Shown here: positions 9,755 through 19,096 of the stretch, one piece after another
Layout: every line of letters begins with the position of its first letter
Position numbering within the stretch: position 1 is the first letter of the stretch
IMG/VR virus record: IMGVR_UViG_3300033984_000473
Span: 91,393-155,392 of that record
Strand: one strand, 5' to 3'
From: a virus
DNA length: 64,000 bases
Program-made: the position numbers and the translations under genes
The notes under the pieces: generated by a model
What the model was told of the DNA's origin: nothing
What the model saw: only the letters and a program-made list of their open reading frames with translations
Database searches by the model: none

Positions 9755-9999
9755 TATTGTTTGATTTGTTTTACGCTATTCATTACAGTATCAACAGCTA
9801 GTTGTAAGGCATCTTCTTTGATTACGTAGATTACGCTACCTTTGATATCGTAGTGATGTAGTTTGTTATCAACTGCCCACAGTACTCGGACAACATCAGC
9901 CATTTTGATACACATCACTTCGATTGCAGTAATCTTAGTGATATGTTTCTCCATTGCTTTGGCAGACTTGATTTTAAATTTGTCGTCTATGTATTCCAT
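9754..9999 (-). CDS. hypothetical protein (81 aa)
   Basis: ORF in gene train. Confidence 0.45.
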   Translation of the reverse strand: MEYIDDKFKIKSAKAMEKHITKITAIEVMCIKMADVVRVLWAVDNKLHHYDIKGSVIYVIKEDALQLAVDTVMNSVKQIKQ

Positions 10000-10559
10000 T
10001 AGTTCTGTCTACCATCATTCCATTCAATCCTAGGACAGTATTCACCATATTTAGCTTTGATAAACTCAATTGCCATGTTAGGTGTTTTTTCTTTAGGTTT
10101 TTCCCAAATTCTGTACCCATTTTCATCGTATTTTATTCTACTATTAATGATGTATTCACGCCATGCTTTGATTCCTTGATAACCACCTATTATGATAGTA
10201 GCAATCCATAATAAAATACCAATAGGTACAACTTTAGTACAGAAACCATACTTGGCATACGTTATAAAAAACGCCCCCACTGCTATAACCATAAAACTAG
10301 CCAATAAAACTGCTACATACATAAGGAAACTCAAACCAAGTCTTTCACCAGTTTTATTGTCACCGTTGGAATAGTTTTTATCCAACAATTCAGTAAAAAC
10401 TATCATTGGTAACGAGAAAATAGCATAAGGGATAAACAATATGTAAGCCAACACCAACTTCCAGAAATATGGACATAAGTTGTTAGGTAATTGTTTCACA
10501 CGTTTAGCATAAAACCAACAATATAATTTTGCACTAATAGAATTTGTATTCGCTTTCAT
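9999..10559 (-). CDS. integral membrane protein (186 aa)
   Basis: Several hydrophobic spans; promoter element 24 nt upstream of ATG. Confidence 0.5.
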   Translation of the reverse strand: MKANTNSISAKLYCWFYAKRVKQLPNNLCPYFWKLVLAYILFIPYAIFSLPMIVFTELLDKNYSNGDNKTGERLGLSFLMYVAVLLASFMVIAVGAFFITYAKYGFCTKVVPIGILLWIATIIIGGYQGIKAWREYIINSRIKYDENGYRIWEKPKEKTPNMAIEFIKAKYGEYCPRIEWNDGRQN

Positions 10560-10583
10560 AATTATTATTTTTAGATTAGATTA

Positions 10584-10616
10584 CAAAGGTATGTATAATA
10601 TTTGGAACTACCTAAT
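10584..10616 (-). promoter_or_regulatory. promoter (-33 TTAG / -7 TACCTTTG)
   Basis: ttacaaaggtatgtataatatttggaactacctaatt. Confidence 0.55.
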
Positions 10617-10884
10617 TTTTTAACTTATTTTCTTTATCATAAAGTTCTGAACTTATATAATTACCATCTTTATCATAGTAATTCTTACCCCAGTCGCCAG
10701 TGTGTGGGTTGTCTATACCTCTATTTATCTCTGAATAGTAGGCAACATTGGTTGAGCAACCCGCAATGTCTAGGTTTGAGTGTTCAATCCCTTCTTCAAT
10801 CCAATTATCATCAGACCAAAGCGTGTGCCAACCATGTGTTCGTAGGTATTGGCTTTTTTCTTCGTAAGTCGGTTCGTTAGTCAT
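10612..10884 (-). CDS. hypothetical protein (90 aa)
   Basis: ORF in gene train. Confidence 0.45.
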   Translation of the reverse strand: MTNEPTYEEKSQYLRTHGWHTLWSDDNWIEEGIEHSNLDIAGCSTNVAYYSEINRGIDNPHTGDWGKNYYDKDGNYISSELYDKENKLKN

Positions 10885-11287
10885 GGTATAATTTATCTGT
10901 TATTTTTTTTTTGATTTTATCAAACCATTCTTTACCAGATTCAGTTATACCATTTTCATCCCAATAATGGCTTGTATCGTGAAATTCTTGCAAATCAGTC
11001 CAGAAATCAAATTCGTGTCCTCTATATCTAGGTGACAACATTGGGTCAATATTACCAAATTGATAATTTTCATACAAAACAACAACACCCCAATCATTTT
11101 TTTGTAGTTTGTTACCTAACTTGAGGTATTTTGTCATAAGGCATCTACCCACAGCACAATGTGTTCCATCAGCACCATTATACACACAGTTGCTATCGGC
11201 ATCCATTGAACGTCTTTTAGGGTCGGCAGTGTAAAACGCCAACGTTTCTTCAAGTATTTCTAACTTGGTTAATTTTTTATATCCCAT
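10877..11287 (-). CDS. hypothetical protein, tandem paralog 1 (CxnHCAVGRCLMTKY family)
   Basis: Shares CVYNGADGTHCAVGRCLMTKY and PRYRGH motifs with the adjacent gene. Confidence 0.55.
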   Translation of the reverse strand: MGYKKLTKLEILEETLAFYTADPKRRSMDADSNCVYNGADGTHCAVGRCLMTKYLKLGNKLQKNDWGVVVLYENYQFGNIDPMLSPRYRGHEFDFWTDLQEFHDTSHYWDENGITESGKEWFDKIKKKITDKLYHD

Positions 11288-11684
11288 TGTAAGCTTCTTT
11301 TAATTCGTTAAGATTTTTAAGTCCTTCTTCGGTAAAACCTTCTTCATTCCAGAACTTACTACCATCATGAACACGTTGCATAGAACTCCAAAATTGTTTT
11401 GAGTGTCCTCTATAACGAGGAACCAACATTTCATCAAGCATATCGACTTTATTCATTTCAAGCAAATCGCTAATAACGTTTTGGTTTCCTTCCAAATTAG
11501 CACCCATTTTTTTGTATTTTGTCATAAGGCATCTACCAACAGCACAGTGTCTTCCACCACCACCATTATACATACAAGTATCTGGATTACCTTTAGGGTT
11601 CTTACCTCTCAATAAAGGATTTGCGATAAAAAAATCGAATGTTTCATTGATGATTTGCGTTTTGGTCATTTTAGTTTCTGACAT
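11277..11684 (-). CDS. hypothetical protein, tandem paralog 2 (CxnHCAVGRCLMTKY family)
   Basis: CMYNGGGGRHCAVGRCLMTKY and PRYRGH motifs. Confidence 0.55.
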   Translation of the reverse strand: MSETKMTKTQIINETFDFFIANPLLRGKNPKGNPDTCMYNGGGGRHCAVGRCLMTKYKKMGANLEGNQNVISDLLEMNKVDMLDEMLVPRYRGHSKQFWSSMQRVHDGSKFWNEEGFTEEGLKNLNELKEAYNGI

Positions 11685-11743
11685 AATAGTTTTTATTTAT
11701 TGATTAGATTACAAAGGTAATAATAATATTTGACACTACCAAA

Positions 11744-11971
11744 TTATTTCTTAAAAAGAATTTTAAATTCTATCTGTAACATTTTATTCATAATCGAAAT
11801 TGTAAATCTAGTCATGTTTTCACTAAGATAGCTTTCATACATTCCCATTGATAAAATATGAACCAATACATCAATGAATAACAATAACCAAACAATCGGA
11901 TATGTGATTATAAAGAACAACCCTTTTATGATTGTCATTAACGCTAATTTAACTGTATCTCTTTTTCTCAT
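11744..11971 (-). CDS. small membrane protein (75 aa)
   Basis: Hydrophobic core. Confidence 0.4.
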   Translation of the reverse strand: MRKRDTVKLALMTIIKGLFFIITYPIVWLLLFIDVLVHILSMGMYESYLSENMTRFTISIMNKMLQIEFKILFKK

Positions 11972-12333
11972 TTTTTTGTTTTTTTATCTAATAAACGACT
12001 ATCAATGCAGACATCTGTTTCTGCGTTAAAAATGCCAATCCAGATAGATTTTTCAGCGGGTCGGTTTACCATTAACCGATAGGTATTATTGGTTTTTGAA
12101 TACGAATATTTATCCCATTGACCGTCTGAATAATGCTTACTTATCAATTTTTTACCTCGATACTTTGATATTCGAGAAAGAATAACAATACCCGAAACAT
12201 CATCCATTACTTCTTGATGTGTTTCTTGCCCCAACTTATTGTATTGAATGTATCTAGTTAAAACACCACCAGTAAATTCACTGAATGTCTTGATTGTAAA
12301 GTCCTCATAGTAAGTGCTTTCTTGCCTAATCAT
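11968..12333 (-). CDS. hypothetical protein (121 aa), paralog family A
   Basis: N-terminus similar to the 6804..7388 product. Confidence 0.5.
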   Translation of the reverse strand: MIRQESTYYEDFTIKTFSEFTGGVLTRYIQYNKLGQETHQEVMDDVSGIVILSRISKYRGKKLISKHYSDGQWDKYSYSKTNNTYRLMVNRPAEKSIWIGIFNAETDVCIDSRLLDKKTKK

Positions 12334-12461
12334 TAAAAAATCTTTTGGCTAATGGAAACCACTTCAATATTCGGCATCGATTCTTGGCTCTCTTGAAACC
12401 TTCTGCTCTCACCTTATCTTTTACCTCTTGTGGTGTTTCCTGTAAGATACGCTGTGCTGTT

Positions 12462-12956
12462 TTACTTCTCATTGGTTTTCTTGTTAGGAATCTCATAGTT
12501 CTTATCCAACCATTCAAACAATTCGTTTGGTAAGATACAAGGATAAAAATCAATAAAATCGAATAGAATTTCTTCCCAATCATTCTCAACTGGTTCTGGC
12601 TCTGGCAAACTTATCATGTTTGACAACGCATCTCTTGCGTGGTCGTTAAGTCTTTTGAATAATTCTTGACCTTCAAGTTTTTTAGCGACTTCTTTGATTC
12701 TCTCGTAGCTACCATCCAAAACAATTGCCATGTCTTCAAACTCACCGCCATTGTGTAGGTTAGGACAACTTTTAATATAGAACTCACATTCTTTATCAAC
12801 CTTAGCCAAAGAGTATTGGTTTGGGTGTAATGATAATCTCTTGGTTATAATGATATCATTTTCAGTAGTTTGATACACTACATCCCATGTTAGTTCTGAT
12901 ATATCCCAGTTTGTATTAGGCAAATCGAATTTACCTTTTAATTTTGTTTGTTCCAT
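12462..12956 (-). CDS. hypothetical protein (164 aa)
   Basis: ORF with promoter element 16 nt upstream. Confidence 0.55.
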   Translation of the reverse strand: MEQTKLKGKFDLPNTNWDISELTWDVVYQTTENDIIITKRLSLHPNQYSLAKVDKECEFYIKSCPNLHNGGEFEDMAIVLDGSYERIKEVAKKLEGQELFKRLNDHARDALSNMISLPEPEPVENDWEEILFDFIDFYPCILPNELFEWLDKNYEIPNKKTNEK

Positions 12957-13034
12957 TTTGTTTTATTTGATACAAAGGTACTAATTAAAATCCATATAAA
13001 CAAAAAAAGAGAGTAAAATTTACCCTCTTTATTT

Positions 13035-13346
13035 TTATTCTATTTTCCAGTTAATATTTTTAGGATTGACAAACTTAGGAACGCTAGATGTTATCAAGTC
13101 GATAACACAGTCACTAGCTGAATCAGAGATTACAACACTAATAACTTCGATTTCAACGAGGTTCTGGTAAACTTCCACAACTCTTACCTTTACGAAGATA
13201 TTGTGCTTTAAACCATCCGTTGTGTCGTTTGAACTAAAGAATGTCAGAATGTCTTGAAGTACTCCTTCATCACCCTTGTTTGGTATTCTAATTTTTTTAA
13301 AAAAATCTATGAATCTATCATAGAATGTTGTTTCTTTATTACCCAT
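13035..13346 (-). CDS. hypothetical protein
   Basis: ORF-track start is a TTG in the -7 box; the ATG (MGNKETT) is the likely start. Confidence 0.5.
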   Translation of the reverse strand: MGNKETTFYDRFIDFFKKIRIPNKGDEGVLQDILTFFSSNDTTDGLKHNIFVKVRVVEVYQNLVEIEVISVVISDSASDCVIDLITSSVPKFVNPKNINWKIE

Positions 13347-13409
13347 AGTTTTATTTTGTAGGTTAGAGTACAAAGGTAGGAAAAAGATTTCAATCTACCA
13401 AATATTTTG

Positions 13410-13709
13410 CTAAATTATTTCACCTCTTTTTATTTCGTCTTTTCTATCCAATAGTTCTACTTCACGTTCAAGCCATTTTCTAATTTCAGCTTTGGTATAG
13501 GTTTCACTTTCAATGTTTTTCCAAAGGTTAAAAGCAAACCTAGGTTCTATCTTAACAAGTTCTTCACCAAATAACCAATACTTTTTGTAAATGGTAGTTG
13601 TTGTCCCTTGATAAAACTTCGTCCATTCAAAAGAACCATCTTCACCATTATCAATTATTACTTGATATTGAAATTCTTTTCCGTTTATTTTCAGTGGTTT
13701 TAGTATCAT
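13410..13709 (-). CDS. hypothetical protein (99 aa)
   Basis: ORF in gene train. Confidence 0.5.
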   Translation of the reverse strand: MILKPLKINGKEFQYQVIIDNGEDGSFEWTKFYQGTTTTIYKKYWLFGEELVKIEPRFAFNLWKNIESETYTKAEIRKWLEREVELLDRKDEIKRGEII

Positions 13710-13957
13710 ACGTAATAGGTATATTCGTGGTAATGGTATTCGTTGGGTCTAGGTTGGGTGATTTCACCATGTCGGTTGCAATACACTTTGATTATTCGAT
13801 GTTCTGCTTCAACATAAGAACCAAATTCCAACTCAACTAAATCACGATTTTCACCACCTTTAACGGTTTTCCAACCCCAGAAGGTTTTATATTGGATTTT
13901 CCATTTAATCTTGGTTAAATCGTTTGCAGATACGGTAATTATTCTATACTTTGCCAT
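13706..13957 (-). CDS. hypothetical protein (83 aa)
   Basis: ORF, 4-nt overlap with upstream gene. Confidence 0.5.
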   Translation of the reverse strand: MAKYRIITVSANDLTKIKWKIQYKTFWGWKTVKGGENRDLVELEFGSYVEAEHRIIKVYCNRHGEITQPRPNEYHYHEYTYYV

Positions 13958-14124
13958 TAGTTCCTATCTTCTATGTCTTCTTTTAAATCATCAATAAAAT
14001 CAGAAATTACGTCAATATAAAACACACATTGAAGATTATGCCAAAACCCTTGTCTAGGTTGTGCAATAATTCTAACTATTCCGAAGAATATTATGATTCC
14101 TAATATGATTAAAGCTATAACCAT
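13957..14124 (-). CDS. small hydrophobic peptide (~55 aa), not in ORF track
   Basis: My translation: MVIALIILGIIIFFGIVRIIAQPRQGFWHNLQC...; start overlaps the stop of the next small ORF (ATGGTTATAG). Coordinates +/-3. Confidence 0.35.
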   Translation of the reverse strand: MVIALIILGIIIFFGIVRIIAQPRQGFWHNLQCVFYIDVISDFIDDLKEDIEDRN

Positions 14125-14285
14125 TTTTTAAAATCCAAATCAATTGGTCTTAAATAAGCCAATAATACTGCCATAACAACTCTCATTGGTATGAAACCAC
14201 CAATACCTGTTAGTAATGCGAAAAATCCAACTACAAGTGATAGTAATACGTAGTAGATTGCGAATGTTATAAAGAATTTTTTCAT
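14115..14285 (-). CDS. small hydrophobic peptide (~56 aa), not in ORF track
   Basis: My translation: MKKFFITFAIYYVLLSLVVGFFALLTGIGGFIPMRVVMAVLLAYL...; coordinates +/-3. Confidence 0.35.
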   Translation of the reverse strand: MKKFFITFAIYYVLLSLVVGFFALLTGIGGFIPMRVVMAVLLAYLRPIDLDFKKWL

Positions 14286-14295
14286 AAGTTTTTTT

Positions 14296-14598
14296 TTAGT
14301 TTTCCCAGTCTTTGATTAAATAATATTTGACGATTGTTAGAATAAGATTTAACGGTGCAAATGTGACACCAAAAAGACAATGCGTGACAGCATCATCATC
14401 TTCGTTTTTATACCAGTTTCTTTTTTTACAGATGAATAAACCTAAGTTTATCCAAACAATTATAATAAGTATGATTTCAAGTGTGGTCATTTTTATTTTT
14501 TTAAGTATCGATGTCGAAGGCAACCAAAATGCAAAAAAAGATTGCCTTCTAACCGATTGTGATTCGTTGTCTTTCCAACTGTCTGTCTTCACCGCCAA
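14296..14598 (-). CDS. membrane protein (100 aa)
   Basis: Hydrophobic span LEIILIIIVWINLGLFI. Confidence 0.45.
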   Translation of the reverse strand: MAVKTDSWKDNESQSVRRQSFFAFWLPSTSILKKIKMTTLEIILIIIVWINLGLFICKKRNWYKNEDDDAVTHCLFGVTFAPLNLILTIVKYYLIKDWEN

Positions 14599-14810
14599 AC
14601 GCTAATCTAGTACTAGCACGTATGTAAGTCACCAAAACCCAAATTATGTCTAAGGAGTCGAGGGGGGTTTTTGGAGCCGATGGCGAGTGATTTCATTATC
14701 CGACAAGATAAATCCCTAGCTAGTATTTCCCTCTATCCTATATATTGTTAGGGCTACCTACATCCCTTGTAGGTACTTTCCTCTCCCGTGTATAAGAGAA
14801 CCCGATTATC

Positions 14811-15800
14811 CTATGCTATGATTTTAGTGTCATGTGTAACTGTATTGAAGAAGTTTAAAGCTTTTTCATTTAAGTCACCACTAAATTGAACGTTGATAAG
14901 ATTTGAACCATTTGGTCTACCAACCAATTTTTTTCTTGGTTTCATTTCAACATTTTTCATGAATTTGTTTGAAGCATCAATCATCAAACCTAACAAGTCT
15001 TTCGTCTTGAATTTAAGACCAAACTTTTTCATTGCGTTTTCTTGTAACACATCTCTCAATTTGGTTGCGGGACAAGTTGTTGGATTTTGAGCAACTTCAT
15101 TACCACACACAATATTAATAAATTGAGTTATACGTCTTTTGTTAAAGAATTTGTGCATTTGGTACACAAAGAATAAATGTGTATCTTGTGCATATTTACA
15201 ATTCTTACTCAAACCAGTAACGTATAAAACTGATTCCATCAATTCATCTTCATTTTTTTGAACGAAGTCAACAATTTCATCATTTGTAATTATATTACCA
15301 AATGCTTGAATGTTATTGAAACGATTTGTTTGGTGTAAAATGATGTAAGCCGATACAGATGCCAACAATTTTGAGTAATCTCTTTTCTTACCTTTTGCTT
15401 CTTTTAAACCTAAGTTCATCATTTGAAGCGAATTAGCATGACTTCTTTTACGACCAGTATCTACTACTAACCTAGCTTTTGGGTCTAAGTTTCTGGCAAC
15501 AATCATTTCAACAGGTACGTTTGATTTGACAATTGCACTCAATCTTTGCTGACCATCAGTCAATACATTGTTTGTGTCGATACCGACACCAACGTTTGTG
15601 GTAACGAACGAACCGTTCACCATGCTTTGAGCAATACGATTAACCGTTGAATGACAAATCTTACGGTTTTGTGTATTTAAGCTTAATAACTCTGTTGCTC
15701 TTTGAGGTGTAATAAGCTCAAAAGCTACTGTACGAACTTTTTGTTTCGTGTACTTTCTTTTTGGTTTTTCAACTAATAATTTTTTTGTTGACATAGTCAT
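14811..15800 (-). CDS. ParB-like nuclease domain protein
   Basis: GVGIDTNNVLTDGQQRLSAI resembles the ParB/Srx-fold catalytic motif; basic N-terminus. Confidence 0.55.
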   Translation of the reverse strand: MTMSTKKLLVEKPKRKYTKQKVRTVAFELITPQRATELLSLNTQNRKICHSTVNRIAQSMVNGSFVTTNVGVGIDTNNVLTDGQQRLSAIVKSNVPVEMIVARNLDPKARLVVDTGRKRSHANSLQMMNLGLKEAKGKKRDYSKLLASVSAYIILHQTNRFNNIQAFGNIITNDEIVDFVQKNEDELMESVLYVTGLSKNCKYAQDTHLFFVYQMHKFFNKRRITQFINIVCGNEVAQNPTTCPATKLRDVLQENAMKKFGLKFKTKDLLGLMIDASNKFMKNVEMKPRKKLVGRPNGSNLINVQFSGDLNEKALNFFNTVTHDTKIIA

Positions 15801-15822
15801 AACAGTTTTAAATTTAACATTA

Positions 15823-15855
15823 CAAAGGTAGTCATAATTTTTTAAACTACCAAAT
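15823..15855 (-). promoter_or_regulatory. promoter (-33 TTTG / -7 TACCTTTG) for the ParB-like gene
   Basis: ttacaaaggtagtcataattttttaaactaccaaa. Confidence 0.6.
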
Positions 15856-15877
15856 TTCTTTCTCTTTTTTTTTCTTT

Positions 15878-16168
15878 TTATTTCAATTGATATTTTTCTT
15901 TCAATATCGAATCAACTTCACTAACTAATGTTTCAAACAAAGTTTGTATTTTTTTACAATCATGTGGTTTAATTAAATCATCAAACCCACGATTATTAAC
16001 TCTTTGTAAAACATTTTTAACTTTCAACCCAGATAACATTAAATTCTCGTTGTCAGTTAAATGACCTCTCAAACGACCTTGTTTTAAAATCTTTGCTTTG
16101 TTTGGTCTTTTTCTAGTAGATGTTGTTAACTCATTTCGATTAACAACATTAGATACTTCTACATTCAT
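15878..16168 (-). CDS. hypothetical basic protein (96 aa)
   Basis: ORF with upstream promoter element. Confidence 0.45.
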   Translation of the reverse strand: MNVEVSNVVNRNELTTSTRKRPNKAKILKQGRLRGHLTDNENLMLSGLKVKNVLQRVNNRGFDDLIKPHDCKKIQTLFETLVSEVDSILKEKYQLK

Positions 16169-16244
16169 AATAATTAGTATTTTAGGATTAGATTACAAAG
16201 GTATGAAATGTTTTTGACATACACAAGTTTTCCTTGTTTTTTTT

Positions 16245-16682
16245 TTAATTATTTCTAATTTCATTGATAACACTAGGAAGGATTGCTTTTAGATTAATTC
16301 TAAATCTAACATTACTTGCATACTCACCCATGGATAATCTGTACGATGCACCCAATAATTCTTTTTCCTTATTTTTGATAAGGGTTTCATCGTTTTGTCC
16401 CAGAATTTTTTCTACTTCAAGGATTAATTCTAATTCTTGACGAGAATTAATTATCTTTTCTTTTTTACGGTCATTGACACCTATAAATAAGTTAAGTTCT
16501 TGTTTCGATAATTCTTCAACAATCAACATACCAATAGCGTGAATTTTTTCAGAAGTAATTTCTACTTCGTTATGTGAAACAAAATATCTTTGAACAATAA
16601 CGTGCCTATCTTTATTATAGATAGTTAAATTATGTGTCTGATTTTTTTCTTTTTTTAACTTTTCCTCTAATGTCGATTTCAT
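16245..16682 (-). CDS. hypothetical protein (145 aa)
   Basis: ORF in gene train. Confidence 0.5.
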   Translation of the reverse strand: MKSTLEEKLKKEKNQTHNLTIYNKDRHVIVQRYFVSHNEVEITSEKIHAIGMLIVEELSKQELNLFIGVNDRKKEKIINSRQELELILEVEKILGQNDETLIKNKEKELLGASYRLSMGEYASNVRFRINLKAILPSVINEIRNN

Positions 16683-16692
16683 TTTTTTATTT

Positions 16693-17157
16693 TTAATTAA
16701 ACCATTCTGGTATTTCTCTGTTTTTCCAAACTGCTATGCTACGTTTCTCAACCATATAATAAGTTCTATATGCTTGAACTATATCATCATTTTTACATTC
16801 ATCTGGCATAGCTACTGCGAACTCGGTAATGTCACCATTGTCACGTAAATCGGGTTGGTTCATCAAACACCATTCAATGATGTCTTCCGACTTATGTCGT
16901 TTACCATAACGATACGTGTATTCGGCACATAGTTCAAGACCCAAGTCACATAACCAAATGTAATTCTCAATACATTCACGTGTCCAAATGGCACATGGAT
17001 GATTCTTGTGTGAAAGTTTATATGGTGCTTCACCACCCAACACCCAGTGTACACCACAAAGAAGTTGTGCAGTTTCAAGTATCATTTTTACGCAGTGCTT
17101 ATCATTATGATATTCAGCACATTTTTTCGGATTGGAATCTAATACAAATATATTCAT
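16693..17157 (-). CDS. conserved phage protein (154 aa), function unknown
   Basis: N-terminus MNIFVLDSNPKKCAEYHNDKHCVKMILETAQLL looks like a widely conserved family that I cannot place; leaderless promoter. Confidence 0.5.
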   Translation of the reverse strand: MNIFVLDSNPKKCAEYHNDKHCVKMILETAQLLCGVHWVLGGEAPYKLSHKNHPCAIWTRECIENYIWLCDLGLELCAEYTYRYGKRHKSEDIIEWCLMNQPDLRDNGDITEFAVAMPDECKNDDIVQAYRTYYMVEKRSIAVWKNREIPEWFN

Positions 17158-17176
17158 AGGGCAAAGGTAGTAAAAA

Positions 17177-17446
17177 TTAATCTTCTTTCCAAATTTCTTT
17201 TGAAGAATTATTCTCCTTTCCGTTAATTGTCCGTGTAATACCTAAGTTATTACCAAAAAGTAAACAGAAAATAGCGAAAACAACCCAACCATTGGTGTTG
17301 TACCATAAGAAACCATAACCCAAGGAACTTACAAATAGTTCAAACCATAATCGTTTTCTTTGTATCCTACGTTTCTTTGAAGCCATTCTTTGACTTAATT
17401 CATTTAATTCGCCAAGCAATTCGTTTTTATCTTTTAAAGTACTCAT
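17177..17446 (-). CDS. small membrane protein (89 aa)
   Basis: Hydrophobic segments. Confidence 0.4.
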   Translation of the reverse strand: MSTLKDKNELLGELNELSQRMASKKRRIQRKRLWFELFVSSLGYGFLWYNTNGWVVFAIFCLLFGNNLGITRTINGKENNSSKEIWKED

Positions 17447-17844
17447 ATCTCTATTGGTTTTGTATTGGTATCATTCATAGAAGTATAAACATGAAGCTTT
17501 AATCTATTGTACTCATTGGTATCAGTAGCTTGTTCAAAGTTCATAAGCATTCTCATTTGTGCCAATTCGCCATAGTCTAACGATTTAGCGTTCTTACTAA
17601 ATCTAACACCATTGCCAGTGATAGTCATTTTCATAGCCAACTTACCTCTAATTCGAGAAGACCAGAAATCAGCCTCAGAATAGTGCAACGATAAGGTTCT
17701 ACCATTCTTTCTTTCTCGCTCTATGATATTGTACTCGTGTTGTCCATTGTCCAAGACAACGTAGGTTTTATTCTCCATCTTTGATAAGTCTTTGAAGTTC
17801 GTTAAAGTCTGAATCACGTAATGCTTCATCTTCGTAATAAACAT
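17443..17844 (-). CDS. hypothetical protein (133 aa)
   Basis: ORF in gene train. Confidence 0.5.
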   Translation of the reverse strand: MFITKMKHYVIQTLTNFKDLSKMENKTYVVLDNGQHEYNIIERERKNGRTLSLHYSEADFWSSRIRGKLAMKMTITGNGVRFSKNAKSLDYGELAQMRMLMNFEQATDTNEYNRLKLHVYTSMNDTNTKPIEI

Positions 17845-17992
17845 AGCTACTATAAGCCATTTCCTCTTTGAAGTCCACTTCTATTGAGAAGCCACTTACA
17901 GTACCCTTTTCAACTCTTGATACATTTCCTGGATTTTCCAAGATAAGCTTTAAGTCGTTTTTAAGTCCGATATTTAGTATTTTATTTTTCAT
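17768..17992 (-). CDS. small hypothetical protein (74 aa)
   Basis: Promoter -7 box immediately upstream; overlaps the next gene by 77 nt in another frame. Confidence 0.35.
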   Translation of the reverse strand: MKNKILNIGLKNDLKLILENPGNVSRVEKGTVSGFSIEVDFKEEMAYSSYVYYEDEALRDSDFNELQRLIKDGE

Positions 17993-18029
17993 AGTACAAA
18001 GGTATGGAATTAATTTAGATATTCCTAAT

Positions 18030-18335
18030 TTATTCGTATTTTATTTTCCCAATCCAAAATCCCTTATCGATGATGTCAGCGTTAGGTTCGCCAGTGGTGT
18101 AACCTTTACTAATCAAAGCATCAATTTCGTATCTGAAAGAGATAAGTGGGTGATAAGGCAGTCTAAGACAACCAAAACGGTTAGCCAATTCTTCAATGAT
18201 AACCATTGGTGGTTTTGTTTCCAACACTATATTGAAATAGTACCATATATTTGACAAGTGTTGGTGAGATAGCTTAGATATCTCCATTGTCGTTCCGTAG
18301 TGGGTTCCCCACATTGTTGGTTTTTTTTCAGCCAT
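18030..18335 (-). CDS. hypothetical protein (101 aa)
   Basis: ORF in gene train. Confidence 0.45.
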   Translation of the reverse strand: MAEKKPTMWGTHYGTTMEISKLSHQHLSNIWYYFNIVLETKPPMVIIEELANRFGCLRLPYHPLISFRYEIDALISKGYTTGEPNADIIDKGFWIGKIKYE

Positions 18336-18685
18336 TAGTAATCTAATTTACATTCAAATTCTTCGGTAATAGGTTCTTCGGTTACAAAATACCCAATTCG
18401 ATTGACAAGGTGATATCCACTAACGTAGTAGATTGTAGAACCACATTGACAAGCTTCACACTCACCAGAACAAGATTCATCATCACCTTCAAGTATAGTG
18501 ATAACTCGGTTCTGTTTAGCCATTTCTATTACGAAATCAACTTCTTCACCAAAGGTTTCAAACATATGTCCGTTGAATGAACAAATGTCTTCGTTAGCAA
18601 CCGTGTCTGGTTGTTTGGCTCTCTCAAAATGGTTGAATGCCAATTTGTATTTTTCGTCAAATTCTGTTTCGTCTATCTGTTTCAT
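18335..18685 (-). CDS. hypothetical Cys-rich protein (116 aa)
   Basis: CSGECEACQCGS cluster. Confidence 0.5.
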   Translation of the reverse strand: MKQIDETEFDEKYKLAFNHFERAKQPDTVANEDICSFNGHMFETFGEEVDFVIEMAKQNRVITILEGDDESCSGECEACQCGSTIYYVSGYHLVNRIGYFVTEEPITEEFECKLDY

Positions 18686-18695
18686 AGTTCTAATA

Positions 18696-19046
18696 TTAAA
18701 TGAATCCTAAATATCTACTTGGTTTATCAAAACCTTCCAACGCCATGTACTCTTTCGCTCTAACCTCGGAAGTTCCTTCGGCAACGTATTGAGCCGTTTG
18801 AGCTTCTTTAAATCCTTTCATAAGGGTTTGTGCCACTTTCTTGGAATCAGCGTTTCTGGCATCGGTATGATACTCGTCAGAAGCCATGTGTTCCATCAAT
18901 TGAAGTACCAACCCAAATGCTGATTGTTGTAGTGTTCGGTGTTGGTTGCTGAATGATTGAATAAACTCTTGATACTTCTCTTTGTTGCTAGAGTTAACGA
19001 AGTCTGCTAACTCTGATGCTAATTCTTTACCTGTAAGTCTTGACAT
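18696..19046 (-). CDS. hypothetical protein (116 aa)
   Basis: ORF with upstream promoter element. Confidence 0.5.
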   Translation of the reverse strand: MSRLTGKELASELADFVNSSNKEKYQEFIQSFSNQHRTLQQSAFGLVLQLMEHMASDEYHTDARNADSKKVAQTLMKGFKEAQTAQYVAEGTSEVRAKEYMALEGFDKPSRYLGFI

Positions 19047-19096
19047 GATAATTTGTTTTATTGATTAGAGTACAAAGGTAGATATAATAATTTAAA

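Noticed and set aside
12326-12589. 87-aa ORF overlapping the 3' end of 12462..12956 by 128 nt in another frame
   Set aside because: The long overlap is unlike the 4-30-nt overlaps elsewhere. At most the distal part (from the internal Met MRSKTAQ) could be a small basic protein. Not reported as a gene.
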